A stretch of 30,627 bases of DNA from positions 1 to 30,627 of the IMG/VR virus record IMGVR_UViG_3300000949_000001. One strand, 5' to 3'. The notes beneath the pieces were generated by a model, which worked only from the letters and a program-made list of their open reading frames with translations, had not been told where the DNA came from and searched no databases. Every line of letters starts with the position of its first letter. Position 1 is the first letter of the stretch. Source of the stretch: a virus. A program made the position numbers and the translations under genes. Positions 21,754 to 30,269 of this stretch are shown piece after piece.

Positions 21754-22026
21754 TTAATTTAATATTTCAACCTTTAATTCTCTATTAAAACTATCTGAAT
21801 AAGTATCTTTTACAGTTCCCATTAAGGTATCATATAAAAATTCTTGTTTAACTTCAAACCAAGCATTTCGAGAACCTTTCAAAACGATATGTTGTACAGT
21901 ATCTAAATATCCTTTAAAATCTCTATAATGTATAGTTGCATTGTTATCTGATGTTAAAGAACCTATTTTTACATCTGTAACAATTGTTATTTCTTTTTTT
22001 GGAAATTCTGTTTTAAAATTGATCAT
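21754..22026 (-). CDS. Hypothetical protein (90 aa)
   Basis: ORF with the conserved A/C-rich leader and a TActTTTG box upstream. Confidence 0.6.
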   Translation of the reverse strand: MINFKTEFPKKEITIVTDVKIGSLTSDNNATIHYRDFKGYLDTVQHIVLKGSRNAWFEVKQEFLYDTLMGTVKDTYSDSFNRELKVEILN

Positions 22027-22054
22027 AATATTTGTTTTTGTTTGTTTAACACTT

Positions 22055-22062
22055 CAAAAGTA
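22055..22062 (-). promoter_or_regulatory. TActTTTG box
   Basis: Plus strand reads CAAAAGTA, with 28 nt between it and ATG 22026. It is the same octamer as at 23186-23193. Confidence 0.35.
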
Positions 22063-22159
22063 AAAGAATTTTTTCAATTACACAACTTTATTTAAAAATA
22101 ATTTAAAAAAAAATGCGATATTTTTAAATACCGCACTAATTTTATTTTAAATTAACTAA

Positions 22160-22444
22160 TTAAAAAGGCAAATCTGAAGTCTCTTCAACAATAGCTTTTG
22201 CCGAAACAGTAGCTTCTTGATCAGGCTTCCAAGTGTTGATTGATACAGAAACATCTTTTCCGTACTTGTCAGCTTCCTTTTTATCATTTACATTTAACTT
22301 AATGTATTTTTTGCCATTATATTCAAAAATAAATTCTGAAGGCAAATCAGTTAAATTAATAGTGACAGCTCTAAAATCACCATATTGTGTTGTTACTTTT
22401 TTACCATTACCGCAGTAAATTGTTTCTTTTTTTTCTGTACTCAT
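22160..22444 (-). CDS. Small SSB-like protein with an acidic C-terminal tip ending in DLPF
   Basis: The C-terminus EETSDLPF mimics the bacterial SSB tail (D-[DI]-[IL]-P-F). It lies between the SSAP and exonuclease genes. Confidence 0.5.
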   Translation of the reverse strand: MSTEKKETIYCGNGKKVTTQYGDFRAVTINLTDLPSEFIFEYNGKKYIKLNVNDKKEADKYGKDVSVSINTWKPDQEATVSAKAIVEETSDLPF

Positions 22445-22450
22445 TTTTCT

Positions 22451-22945
22451 CTATTTTAAATTAAATTTAGTTTCTATTTTTTCTCTGTATTCTTTTTTCA
22501 TTTTAAAAGCACTTATAACCTTTTCAGCCTGTTCTTTTGTAGCTTTTAAAGTTGCATTAAGTTGCGCCTCTGTTAACCATTTACGATCGTCTGATTCTTT
22601 GTTTTGATTTTGTACCGCATTTTGCACCTCTTCAGCTGAAGCTATTGAAGTGTCAATTCCAATTCCTAAATAACCTAAAGCACGTCCTAATGCTGAAGTA
22701 AATCCATTTTCTACAAATGAAGTTTTATTTATGTAAGACGAATCTCGATATTCCTGTGCGTGTGCTGATACAATGCTGATTCCTTTTTCGTTTATTATAG
22801 TAACTTTAAAAATGCCTTCATTTTCGTCAAGCGTTACAATATCCTCGATAATTTGCCAACCTGAATAAATTTGTTGATTTCTGAAAAATTTCAGTCTTTC
22901 GTTTACGGTAATATAGTTATTACCTTTGATGTTAATTGTTTTCAT
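22451..22945 (-). CDS. Rad52/Sak-like single-strand annealing protein
   Basis: ITVNERLKFF...GW and ENGFTSALGRALGYLGIG resemble conserved Rad52_Rad22 family motifs (...TDALKRAL..fG.G). Confidence 0.6.
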   Translation of the reverse strand: MKTINIKGNNYITVNERLKFFRNQQIYSGWQIIEDIVTLDENEGIFKVTIINEKGISIVSAHAQEYRDSSYINKTSFVENGFTSALGRALGYLGIGIDTSIASAEEVQNAVQNQNKESDDRKWLTEAQLNATLKATKEQAEKVISAFKMKKEYREKIETKFNLK

Positions 22946-22965
22946 TTTGTTTTTGTTTTAATTGT

Positions 22966-23163
22966 TTAAATGTTTAAATCTTTTGAAATTTTTGGCAGTT
23001 TAAAATCATTTTCCTGAAGGATCATAATTTCGCCAAGTGTAAAGTTTTCAGGATTTTGCAATCTTGCTTTTAAAGTTGGCATTGTGCAACTTAGAATTTT
23101 GCAAACATCATAACGTTTTAAATTTAGGCGCTTCATTTCCGCCTTAAATAATTGTTCGAACAT
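22966..23163 (-). CDS. Small HTH DNA-binding protein, first gene of the early operon
   Basis: LKRYDVCKILSCTMPTLKARLQNPENFTLGE looks like a Cro/XRE-type helix-turn-helix. It is the first ORF after the early promoter candidate. Confidence 0.5.
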   Translation of the reverse strand: MFEQLFKAEMKRLNLKRYDVCKILSCTMPTLKARLQNPENFTLGEIMILQENDFKLPKISKDLNI

Positions 23164-23185
23164 ATTTTCTTGTTTTTATTTAATA

Positions 23186-23193
23186 CAAAAGTA
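23186..23193 (-). promoter_or_regulatory. TActTTTG box, candidate early promoter
   Basis: Plus strand reads CAAAAGTA, with 22 nt between it and ATG 23163. It sits in the 134-nt gap separating the late-operon end from the early genes. Confidence 0.4.
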
Positions 23194-23297
23194 AAAAAAA
23201 ACTTTTAAATAAAAAAATTATTTTTAAAAAAAACCGCCAAAATGTAAATAAATACAAATCAGCGGCTGACAAACAAAAAAAACAAAGAAAAGTTTTG

Positions 23298-25517
23298 TTA
23301 TGTTATTTTTACATTTACATCAAGATCGTTATCGTCATTCGGAACGTGCGCAACAATATCGTATTTATTTGATTTTACCGCATAGGTAAGTCCATCAATT
23401 ACCGAACTTTGTTCGTCTTCTAAAACATTTGGCCAATTAAACCAAACTTTATTGTGAATTGACAATGGCGTTGGCCCTGCACCCCTAAATGCTCCTGAAT
23501 ATCTTGTACAATAATCCCTGAAATCATTCATTATATTTTGATTTCTAATATTTGTAACACTATTATAAACTGTATCTGTATTGCTTATAAATTTAAAATC
23601 TCTTGTTCTATACCATTTTTTAAGTCCTGAAGGCGTATCAGTTGGAAACAATATTGAATCGTAAGATTTTTTTGTGCTGTAAATTTTAGTGTCTGATCTA
23701 ACTGCTTTGATTGATTTTTCTCCAGTTATATTTTTTTCAATTCCTTCAACCCAAATAAACTCAAAAAACTCAGCTCCATCTTGAAAAATACCAACATTAT
23801 CAAAATAAGTATTTACATAGTCTGAAGTTGTATCAGTTCTTGTACTCCAAATTTCAAGATCTAATTTTCCGTTAAAAGGCCCTAAAGGAGTTGGATCTTT
23901 TAATGTTTTTGTTACAGTTTGCCAAGTGTTAAAATTATCTACATTAATTTGATTAAGTATAAAGGAACTTGTCCAGGTATTACTTGAATTATTCCAATAA
24001 ATAGTAGATCCTGCATCATAATATTTAACAACAAATTGAACTTTTGTATTTACTAAAATATCATTTGCATCAACAAAATAAGAAAATGTGAACTTTGTAC
24101 CTTGTAAAGCAAGTCTATTTATTGAATCAGTTAAAAATGGCCCATAAGGAATTTTGTTAGTAGTAAAGCATTTTACATCAAATGTTGGCGCAAATAAATT
24201 CAACTTCATTGAAAAATTACCCTGCTTAGATATTTCGTTTTCAGCAATTACTGCATAGGTTAAATTTATATTCCAATTGAAATCGCCGTATTCAAATCCA
24301 GCATTGTTATTCCAATAAGTTCTATCGTATTGACTTGTTGATAAATTTTGTTCCACTTCTAAAAGCGGCTGTAAATATTCTCTTTGTAAATTATTTTCAA
24401 TAGGTATTAAATCACTTGGCGCAATTTTCAAAGTATTTATAAACTCATCAGTTTTATTTGCGCCTAAATAATCATATTTTTCAATAGTTAAAAACTCATT
24501 ATTTATAGATTTTAATCTTTGAGTAATTAATTCCCTGATATTAGTTGGCGGAGTAAAAAATTCATTTTGGTTTGCAATATAATCTTTTACATATTGATCA
24601 AAAATATTTGAATTTTCTACTATATACCATTTTCCAAACGATTGGAATATACGCATATTGTAAAGCGTTAACAACAATGATAATTGTTCTTTTGCAGTAT
24701 ATTCGTCAAATCCATTTTTCAACTCAAATAAATAATTTGGAAAAGTTGTGACATTTGGAAACTTTTTAATAGATAAATCAGTATCTAAATAATTCAAATC
24801 ATTTATAAAAACTAAGTCTAAATATAAAGGAATGTTTTGTAAAATTTTTGAAATTCTTTGTAAATCTGAAGTTGTATTTTCGCTGTATTGATCATCGTCT
24901 GCTGACAATGGCGCTGGGTATTTATCCAACATTCCAAGTCCATCAAATGCATTTAATGAAATCTGATAAGGAAAATCAATCATTGACTCTTTAAACCTAT
25001 CTACAACGATGTTTCCAACCCAATAATCCTCCCAAATGTGAAATCTATCGTCAATGATTCCATTTGATACACAGTCCAAAGATTCAACCCTTCCGCCGTC
25101 TTCAGCAACTCTATTTTCGTAATAAGTTGATATTGTGAAAAAGTCACCTAAAAAATCATTTATGCAGTTTATAGATTCGTAAACTCCTGAATCAGCTACA
25201 ATTCTGTCAATATAAGATTCAGATTTTTGTTTTGAATATGATACCTTAATTCTGTATTCAAACTCGTCAAACTTGTAAAAATCGTCATATTGAACATCCT
25301 CAGTAACTAATAAATTAAGTCTGCAACTCGATCCGATAATTGGCTTATAAAAATCGTCAGTAGAATTCCATTTTATAACAACAGGCTCTCCTGTTCCAAT
25401 CATTGGCAAAACATCACCTGTATAACCTCTTTTTAATATTTCAACTTTTTTTCCGTATCCTAAAACGTCAGAAAATTGTAGTCTATATTTAACTCCGTAA
25501 GCGATTTCTTTTCCCAT
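23298..25517 (-). CDS. Large distal tail / baseplate / host-specificity protein
   Basis: 739-aa ORF immediately after the tape measure gene and the last gene of the tail operon. No motif recognised. Confidence 0.6.
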   Translation of the reverse strand: MGKEIAYGVKYRLQFSDVLGYGKKVEILKRGYTGDVLPMIGTGEPVVIKWNSTDDFYKPIIGSSCRLNLLVTEDVQYDDFYKFDEFEYRIKVSYSKQKSESYIDRIVADSGVYESINCINDFLGDFFTISTYYENRVAEDGGRVESLDCVSNGIIDDRFHIWEDYWVGNIVVDRFKESMIDFPYQISLNAFDGLGMLDKYPAPLSADDDQYSENTTSDLQRISKILQNIPLYLDLVFINDLNYLDTDLSIKKFPNVTTFPNYLFELKNGFDEYTAKEQLSLLLTLYNMRIFQSFGKWYIVENSNIFDQYVKDYIANQNEFFTPPTNIRELITQRLKSINNEFLTIEKYDYLGANKTDEFINTLKIAPSDLIPIENNLQREYLQPLLEVEQNLSTSQYDRTYWNNNAGFEYGDFNWNINLTYAVIAENEISKQGNFSMKLNLFAPTFDVKCFTTNKIPYGPFLTDSINRLALQGTKFTFSYFVDANDILVNTKVQFVVKYYDAGSTIYWNNSSNTWTSSFILNQINVDNFNTWQTVTKTLKDPTPLGPFNGKLDLEIWSTRTDTTSDYVNTYFDNVGIFQDGAEFFEFIWVEGIEKNITGEKSIKAVRSDTKIYSTKKSYDSILFPTDTPSGLKKWYRTRDFKFISNTDTVYNSVTNIRNQNIMNDFRDYCTRYSGAFRGAGPTPLSIHNKVWFNWPNVLEDEQSSVIDGLTYAVKSNKYDIVAHVPNDDNDLDVNVKIT

Positions 25518-25520
25518 AAT

Positions 25521-27899
25521 TTAGTAAATTCTTCCAGCTGTTTCGTTTGCTCTTTCAATTGCAATCAGTAAATCTTGCCCTTCTAATCTAATTTGTCCGC
25601 CAACATTTATGTTTTGAGTACCTCTTCCACCGCCAATCATATTTTGCAATTTATCCAAAGGTGCAATGACCTCAGGATTAGATCTAGCTCCTGGATATTC
25701 CCCAACCAATCCCATTGTAGGCCCTGATACAATTCCACCATTTGCAAAAGCTGTTGCGCCTCCGCCTCCACCACCGCCTGATCCAATTTTACCAGCCTGT
25801 GAACTTGCAAAAGCACCTAAGGCAACCAAAGCAATACCAGCAGCAATAGCCACCGCTGGATTTAAAGATTTTAATGCTGTTGCAATAGATTTAACCCCTA
25901 TACCAATCCCAATCGCTAATTTACCTAATTGTTGCGCCATACTTCCAATTGTTGACAATACAACTTTTGATAATTTTTGCGCTAAATTTCCACCACTCGA
26001 TAAAGCTTCACCTAGTGACTGACCAATTCCAACAGCTAAGTCTTGCAATCCACCTGTAACGATTTGACTTAATCCTTGGTTAAAAGCCATCGTTCTTTCA
26101 AGTGCCTCAGCTCTTTTTTCCATAAGGATTTGCTGTTGCTCATCCATAGCCTGTGGTATTAGTGCTGTGTCTAATTTTATTGCGTCAGTTATAGGAGTAG
26201 CAATATCAGCCATTTCTAATCCGCCTCCAATAGCTGTAACAGAAGGCATACTTGCACTTGCTGCTGTTGGCGCTGTTTGCTGTAAAGTTGTGGCGGCTAT
26301 TGTTGTTGGCGTTGTTACTGGTGATTCTTTTTCACTTAATTTAAGAGCTTTCGCTGATGCTTTTATAGCTTTTTCTTTGTCTTTTAAAGCTGCAATTTCT
26401 TTTTTTAATAATTCAACATTTTTCTTTACTTGCCCACCATAACCATCTGCAACCCTTGCCTGTTCACTAGCTAATTTTTTACGTTTTTCTGCAATTCTTT
26501 TTTCAATCTCTTCAATTGACAAACTTTCATTTAATGCCTCTTTTTGCGCTTTTGTATATTTATATATCGCAACCCCAATTGCAGCAATTGCAGCAGCAAC
26601 AGCAATGATTGGATTTGCTAACATAGTTGCAGTCAAGGCTCTAAAACCAAAAGCAGCCAATTTTAAAACAGGCCCTAAAGCGGAAATTCCAGTCATCATT
26701 TTACCGAAAATAATAAGTAAAGGCCCAGCAGCGGCTAAAATACCGCCAAATGTTACAATTAAATTTTGTGTAAATGGAGACAAACCTTTAAATCCGTCTG
26801 ATAATCCTTTTATAAATCCTGATAATTTTTCTATTGCACTAACAACAGCTGGTAAAACAACCTCACCAATTTCTAACAATGAATTTTTCATTGTTGCCAT
26901 TCCTTTTTCAAATTTAAAAGATGCTGACTGAGCTGTTTTTTCGAACGCTTCATTTGTTGCGCCTGTTGATTCTGTTAACGCATCAAATATTTTTCGAGTA
27001 TCCTCCAATCCTGCACCTGTTAAATCTAAAACCCCTTTTAAGGCTCGAATGTTTGGAAAAATTGCAGTTGTATCTTGTCCTGTTTTTGCAAGTCCAGCCT
27101 GTAACATTTCCAAAGTAGCCAAAAGCCCTTGCTCTCTTAGTGATCTTTGAACGCTATCAGTTGACATTCCCATAGCTGTCAATGCCTGTTCAGCTTCAGC
27201 AGTTGGCTTCTTTAAAGACGCTAAAATTGCATTCAACTGAGTAGCTCCTTCAGCTGCATTTGTTCCTGTTCTCGACATTGCCGCCATTGCCGCAGCAACT
27301 TCGTCAAATCTTACTCCCATATTAGAAGCGATCGGAATAACCCCTCCCATTGATGCCGCTAATTGCGAAGCCTCCAATTTACCTTCACGAACGGCTGCTG
27401 TTAAAATATCAGTTGCATCTGTTGCGCTTAAATTAGCTGCACCGTAAGCGTTTAAAGCTGAAGTTGATAAATCTGCAATTGTTTTAGTTTCACCCAATCC
27501 AATGGCTGCCGCTTTCAAAGACTGTTCTAAAACTTGCATCGCAGCGTCACCTCTTAAACCTGCTGAAGTTATAAAGAATAAAGCCTCAGCAGCTTCGTTT
27601 GCACCTCGACCTGTATCTGTTGCCATTTTTTTGGCAGTTTCACCCATTTTAGCTACATCACCAGCAGCAACCCCAACAAGCGCCTGAATTTGCGTCATAG
27701 ACTTATCAAAATCAAACGCTAATTTTGTAGCAGCAGCACCAGCAGCAACTAAAGGCAAAGTCAGTTGCGTTGACAAACTTTTACCAACGCTCGACATTTT
27801 AGATCCAAACGCCTCTAGTTTAGAACTTGCTGAAGTGAGCGCATTGCTTAAACCCGAACTATTTCCTGTTATATTAACTCTTAAATCTTGTTGTGCCAT
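25521..27899 (-). CDS. Tail tape measure protein
   Basis: 792 aa, Ala/Gly-rich with helical repeats and internal hydrophobic segments. The C-terminal GGGGGG...FANGGIV...PEVIAPLDKL motif is common in TMPs. It follows the chaperone pair. Confidence 0.9.
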   Translation of the reverse strand: MAQQDLRVNITGNSSGLSNALTSASSKLEAFGSKMSSVGKSLSTQLTLPLVAAGAAATKLAFDFDKSMTQIQALVGVAAGDVAKMGETAKKMATDTGRGANEAAEALFFITSAGLRGDAAMQVLEQSLKAAAIGLGETKTIADLSTSALNAYGAANLSATDATDILTAAVREGKLEASQLAASMGGVIPIASNMGVRFDEVAAAMAAMSRTGTNAAEGATQLNAILASLKKPTAEAEQALTAMGMSTDSVQRSLREQGLLATLEMLQAGLAKTGQDTTAIFPNIRALKGVLDLTGAGLEDTRKIFDALTESTGATNEAFEKTAQSASFKFEKGMATMKNSLLEIGEVVLPAVVSAIEKLSGFIKGLSDGFKGLSPFTQNLIVTFGGILAAAGPLLIIFGKMMTGISALGPVLKLAAFGFRALTATMLANPIIAVAAAIAAIGVAIYKYTKAQKEALNESLSIEEIEKRIAEKRKKLASEQARVADGYGGQVKKNVELLKKEIAALKDKEKAIKASAKALKLSEKESPVTTPTTIAATTLQQTAPTAASASMPSVTAIGGGLEMADIATPITDAIKLDTALIPQAMDEQQQILMEKRAEALERTMAFNQGLSQIVTGGLQDLAVGIGQSLGEALSSGGNLAQKLSKVVLSTIGSMAQQLGKLAIGIGIGVKSIATALKSLNPAVAIAAGIALVALGAFASSQAGKIGSGGGGGGGATAFANGGIVSGPTMGLVGEYPGARSNPEVIAPLDKLQNMIGGGRGTQNINVGGQIRLEGQDLLIAIERANETAGRIY

Positions 27900-27919
27900 A
27901 ATTTTTAAATGTAGTCAGA

Positions 27920-27927
27920 CAAAAATA
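27920..27927 (-). promoter_or_regulatory. TAttTTTG box upstream of the TMP gene
   Basis: Plus strand reads CAAAAATA, with 20 nt between it and ATG 27899. Confidence 0.25.
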
Positions 27928-27934
27928 CAAAAAA

Positions 27935-27959
27935 AAAGACGCTTTATTTAAACGTCTTT
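27935..27959 (-). terminator. Hairpin with U tract overlapping the stop codon of the chaperone T ORF
   Basis: The minus RNA forms AAAGACG-loop11-CGUCUUU followed by further U residues. It lies between the chaperone and TMP genes. Confidence 0.4.
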
Positions 27960-28231
27960 TTATTGCTCATAGAGTTGTATTTATTCAAAAATTTCTGCAT
28001 TTGTTCAGGTGTTGATTTTGGCTCAGATCTCTTCTTTTTTCTTTGTTGATCAACAGGCAACGGAAATAATTGTTCAGGTTTTAGCATTTGTGATTTTTTT
28101 TCGCAATTCACGTTGTGAATCATTGTTGCGACATATCTCGTTTGCTCCCAATTCAAATTGATCCTGTTGTGATACGCTTCCGCCATTAAACCGTTTTCCC
28201 TCCAGGTTTGCCGCCAAAAATCATTTGGCAA
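27944..28231 (-). CDS. Tail assembly chaperone, frameshift-extension (T-like) ORF
   Basis: It is in the -1 frame relative to 28276..28653. Its frame is open back to 28309, overlapping the G-like ORF by 11 codons. The only start in the track is TTG 28231. Confidence 0.55.
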   Translation of the reverse strand: MPNDFWRQTWRENGLMAEAYHNRINLNWEQTRYVATMIHNVNCEKKSQMLKPEQLFPLPVDQQRKKKRSEPKSTPEQMQKFLNKYNSMSNKKTFK

Positions 28232-28275
28232 AATTCCAATTTGCCCAATATAATAGTCGGTTAATGTTTCAAAGT

Positions 28276-28653
28276 TTACTGCTTCTTTGACGGCTGATTC
28301 TTTGCTTGTTTATTTTCGCCAGGATTCAATGAATTACCTAAAATTTTAGATTCAATCATTGTTTCAACAATTTTATTAATTGTTTCGGCGTCAATATCGT
28401 CCAGCCAAGTTCCAGCTGAATAAATGTTGTAATCAACATCATTGTTATTTTCCAAGTCATTCGCCAAAGCAGCTGAATAAACTAAGGCCCTTAAACCTGT
28501 TAAAGATATACCATTTTGAAAAACGCCTCCAATATCTTGCAACGAAATACCTAACTGCTCGGTAAATTCCGCCCAAAAATTCATTGAAAAATGTAAAGTT
28601 CTAGTTTTACCCTGTACGGTTATATCAATGTAACCTCTTTTTTTGTTTGTCAT
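28276..28653 (-). CDS. Tail assembly chaperone (G-like)
   Basis: It lies between the major tail and TMP genes, is 125 aa, and has a downstream -1 frame overlap. Confidence 0.65.
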   Translation of the reverse strand: MTNKKRGYIDITVQGKTRTLHFSMNFWAEFTEQLGISLQDIGGVFQNGISLTGLRALVYSAALANDLENNNDVDYNIYSAGTWLDDIDAETINKIVETMIESKILGNSLNPGENKQAKNQPSKKQ

Positions 28654-28689
28654 TTTAAAAGATTTTAATTAATAAATATAAAAAAGCCA

Positions 28690-28707
28690 CCGCCTATATA
28701 AGGCGGA
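28690..28707 (-). terminator. Perfect 18-nt palindrome CCGCCTTATATAAGGCGG after the major tail gene
   Basis: Hairpin with a 7-bp stem. On the minus RNA it is followed by UGGCUUUUUU. Confidence 0.55.
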
Positions 28708-28731
28708 GACTTAATATTTTAAAAAGTTTTA

Positions 28732-29142
28732 TTATGCGTTTGTAGATTTTACAATTGCACCTGTCAAAGTGATTGATCCTGAATAAGAAACAGCTGATTC
28801 CATCTCAGCGCTCATTTCAACAGAAGTCAAAAATCCTTCAGCAGTATAAATTGCGTCACCTGATTCAGCAGTACCAAAAACACAAGTCAAAATTGTTCTT
28901 GATAAAAGAAAGTCAGCCATTTCGATTGCATTTGAATCGTCATCGTAAGCTACTAATCCTTCAAAAGAAATTTCCCCACCTTTTACGCCTCCAATATACT
29001 CTGAAAATCCGTTTGAGTCTTTTGTAGTTGCCTCAGGAGTGTCCATAGATAATGAAAGTGAGCAGCTTGTTGTGTGACCAACCACAGCCCCCTCAACTTT
29101 TAAAATTAAATCTGTTCCGTTAAATACGCCAGTTGTTGCCAT
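28732..29142 (-). CDS. Major tail protein (TP901-1 / Phage_tail_2-like)
   Basis: GTDLILKVEG...SCSLSLSMDTPEATTKDSNGFSEYIGGVKGGEISFEGL matches the family pattern. It lies upstream of the chaperones and TMP. Confidence 0.75.
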   Translation of the reverse strand: MATTGVFNGTDLILKVEGAVVGHTTSCSLSLSMDTPEATTKDSNGFSEYIGGVKGGEISFEGLVAYDDDSNAIEMADFLLSRTILTCVFGTAESGDAIYTAEGFLTSVEMSAEMESAVSYSGSITLTGAIVKSTNA

Positions 29143-29174
29143 TATTGTTATATTAAATGTTATTAAATTTTTGT

Positions 29175-29184
29175 GTAAATATAC
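29175..29184 (-). promoter_or_regulatory. Candidate late-promoter box GTATATTTAC, copy 3
   Basis: Identical 10-mer, with 32 nt between it and the major tail ATG 29142. Confidence 0.3.
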
Positions 29185-29226
29185 AAATTATTTTATAGTT
29201 GTTTTTTTAAAATAAAAATCCAACTT

Positions 29227-29652
29227 TTATAAAAACTTACCTTTTAAATATCCAAACGCAAATAATATTGGACATAGTAAAATTAACCAAAGAGGTGTTC
29301 TGTAACGGATAACCTCTTTTTCTTTTATAACTATATTTTTATCTAACTTACTTTTGTATTCTTTTTCTAAAACTTCTTTATAAGCATTTAAATCAATTTC
29401 AGCAGTTATAACGTTGTTTTTTCCTTGTAGTGATACTTTACCTTGCTTTGTAGAAATAAGTTGCTTAAAAGGCTTTAAATTGCCTAAACTATCACAAGGT
29501 TGTTCAATAGTTAATGTATCTGTGAACCTTTCAACTAAAATTTCTGTTTTGGTTTTTATGATTGTATCATTTACAACCCTATCTTTATATTCAGTAATTG
29601 TTTTTTTAGAACTACATCCAACCAATAAAAGTAGTATAAATAGTTTTTTCAT
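29227..29652 (-). CDS. Lipoprotein with C-terminal TM anchor: unimolecular spanin candidate
   Basis: From ATG 29652 the protein starts MKKLFILLLLVGCSS (lipobox LVGC). The C-terminus LWLILLCPILFAFGYLKGKFL is a TM helix. This is the same architecture as phage T1 gp11. Confidence 0.55.
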   Translation of the reverse strand: MKKLFILLLLVGCSSKKTITEYKDRVVNDTIIKTKTEILVERFTDTLTIEQPCDSLGNLKPFKQLISTKQGKVSLQGKNNVITAEIDLNAYKEVLEKEYKSKLDKNIVIKEKEVIRYRTPLWLILLCPILFAFGYLKGKFL

Positions 29653-29679
29653 TACCAACGTGCCTTTTTACCCCTGAAG

Positions 29680-30216
29680 TTATTTATATTTCCATTTATA
29701 ACCTCCAGCAGTTTTTTGTTTTCCGTAAATAACATTTCTAATACAGGATTCACCTATTCCTGTTTGCCTCATTGCTTCCATAACGGCTGGATATGTTTGT
29801 ATTAAATTACCTGATAAGTCAAATTTACAAACTTCTTTACTTAACCAATTTTTACTTCCTGTTTTCCCATAATTAACACCCTTTTGCTTTAATACTTGGT
29901 ATCTATGATTATGGTTTTCAGAACTTGTAACCCATTCAAGATTTGTTAATTTATTATTAATTCTTATTCCGTCTATATGATTTACTTCTTTCTTGTTTTC
30001 TTTATTTTCTAAAAAAGTCTTTGCAACCAATCTATGAATATAAAATCTTTTTACTGTTCCATTTTTTGATAATGTAACCGATAAATAATCTTTACCATTA
30101 TTAATTGGTTTTAATAATCTTTCATTTTTGCTTTGATAACCTTTTTTTCTTTTTACATTACCTAAAGTACTAACTTGATAATTTTCGTAATCTTTTATTT
30201 CTTTCCAAATTTCCAT
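29680..30216 (-). CDS. NUMOD4/HNH homing endonuclease (paralogue 2)
   Basis: WKEIKDYENYQVSTLGNVK (NUMOD4) and HRLVAKTF...VNHIDG...NLEWVTSSENHNH (HNH_3). Confidence 0.85.
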   Translation of the reverse strand: MEIWKEIKDYENYQVSTLGNVKRKKGYQSKNERLLKPINNGKDYLSVTLSKNGTVKRFYIHRLVAKTFLENKENKKEVNHIDGIRINNKLTNLEWVTSSENHNHRYQVLKQKGVNYGKTGSKNWLSKEVCKFDLSGNLIQTYPAVMEAMRQTGIGESCIRNVIYGKQKTAGGYKWKYK

Positions 30217-30237
30217 ATATAATATAATTTAATACAT

Positions 30238-30245
30238 CAAATATA
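30238..30245 (-). promoter_or_regulatory. TAtaTTTG box upstream of HNH paralogue 2
   Basis: Plus strand reads CAAATATA, with 21 nt between it and ATG 30216. The flanking CGTATATTT resembles the GTATATTTAC boxes. Confidence 0.3.
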
Positions 30246-30269
30246 CGAATATTTATTTAATAAATATAC

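Noticed and set aside
23231-23266. Terminator after the last tail gene (CCGC...GCGG plus a U run on the minus RNA).
   Set aside because: It has only a 4-bp stem with a 24-nt loop. That is too weak to call, although the late operon must end somewhere in the 23164-23297 gap.
25765-25790. G/C-rich run encoding GGGGGG in the tape measure gene, considered as a slippery or repeat element.
   Set aside because: It encodes the glycine-rich segment common near TMP C-termini. No alternative frame continues beyond it, and it is not a tandem DNA repeat.
5025-29677. All plus-strand ORFs in the track: 5025..5207, 5603..5974, 6405..6692, 8837..9112, 9191..9403, 11427..11675, 14024..14236, 14073..14294, 14990..15187, 15294..15572, 16594..16788, 17353..17619, 18040..18264, 19957..20175, 22233..22418, 25666..26022, 26167..26442, 26605..26931, 26921..27118, 27502..27687, 28380..28565, 28773..29027 and 29414..29677.
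   Set aside because: Each lies antisense to a longer minus-strand gene with recognisable motifs or good synteny. Their translations are low-complexity and Phe/Leu/Ile/Ser- or Pro/Ala-rich, typical of shadow frames. None has a recognisable domain.
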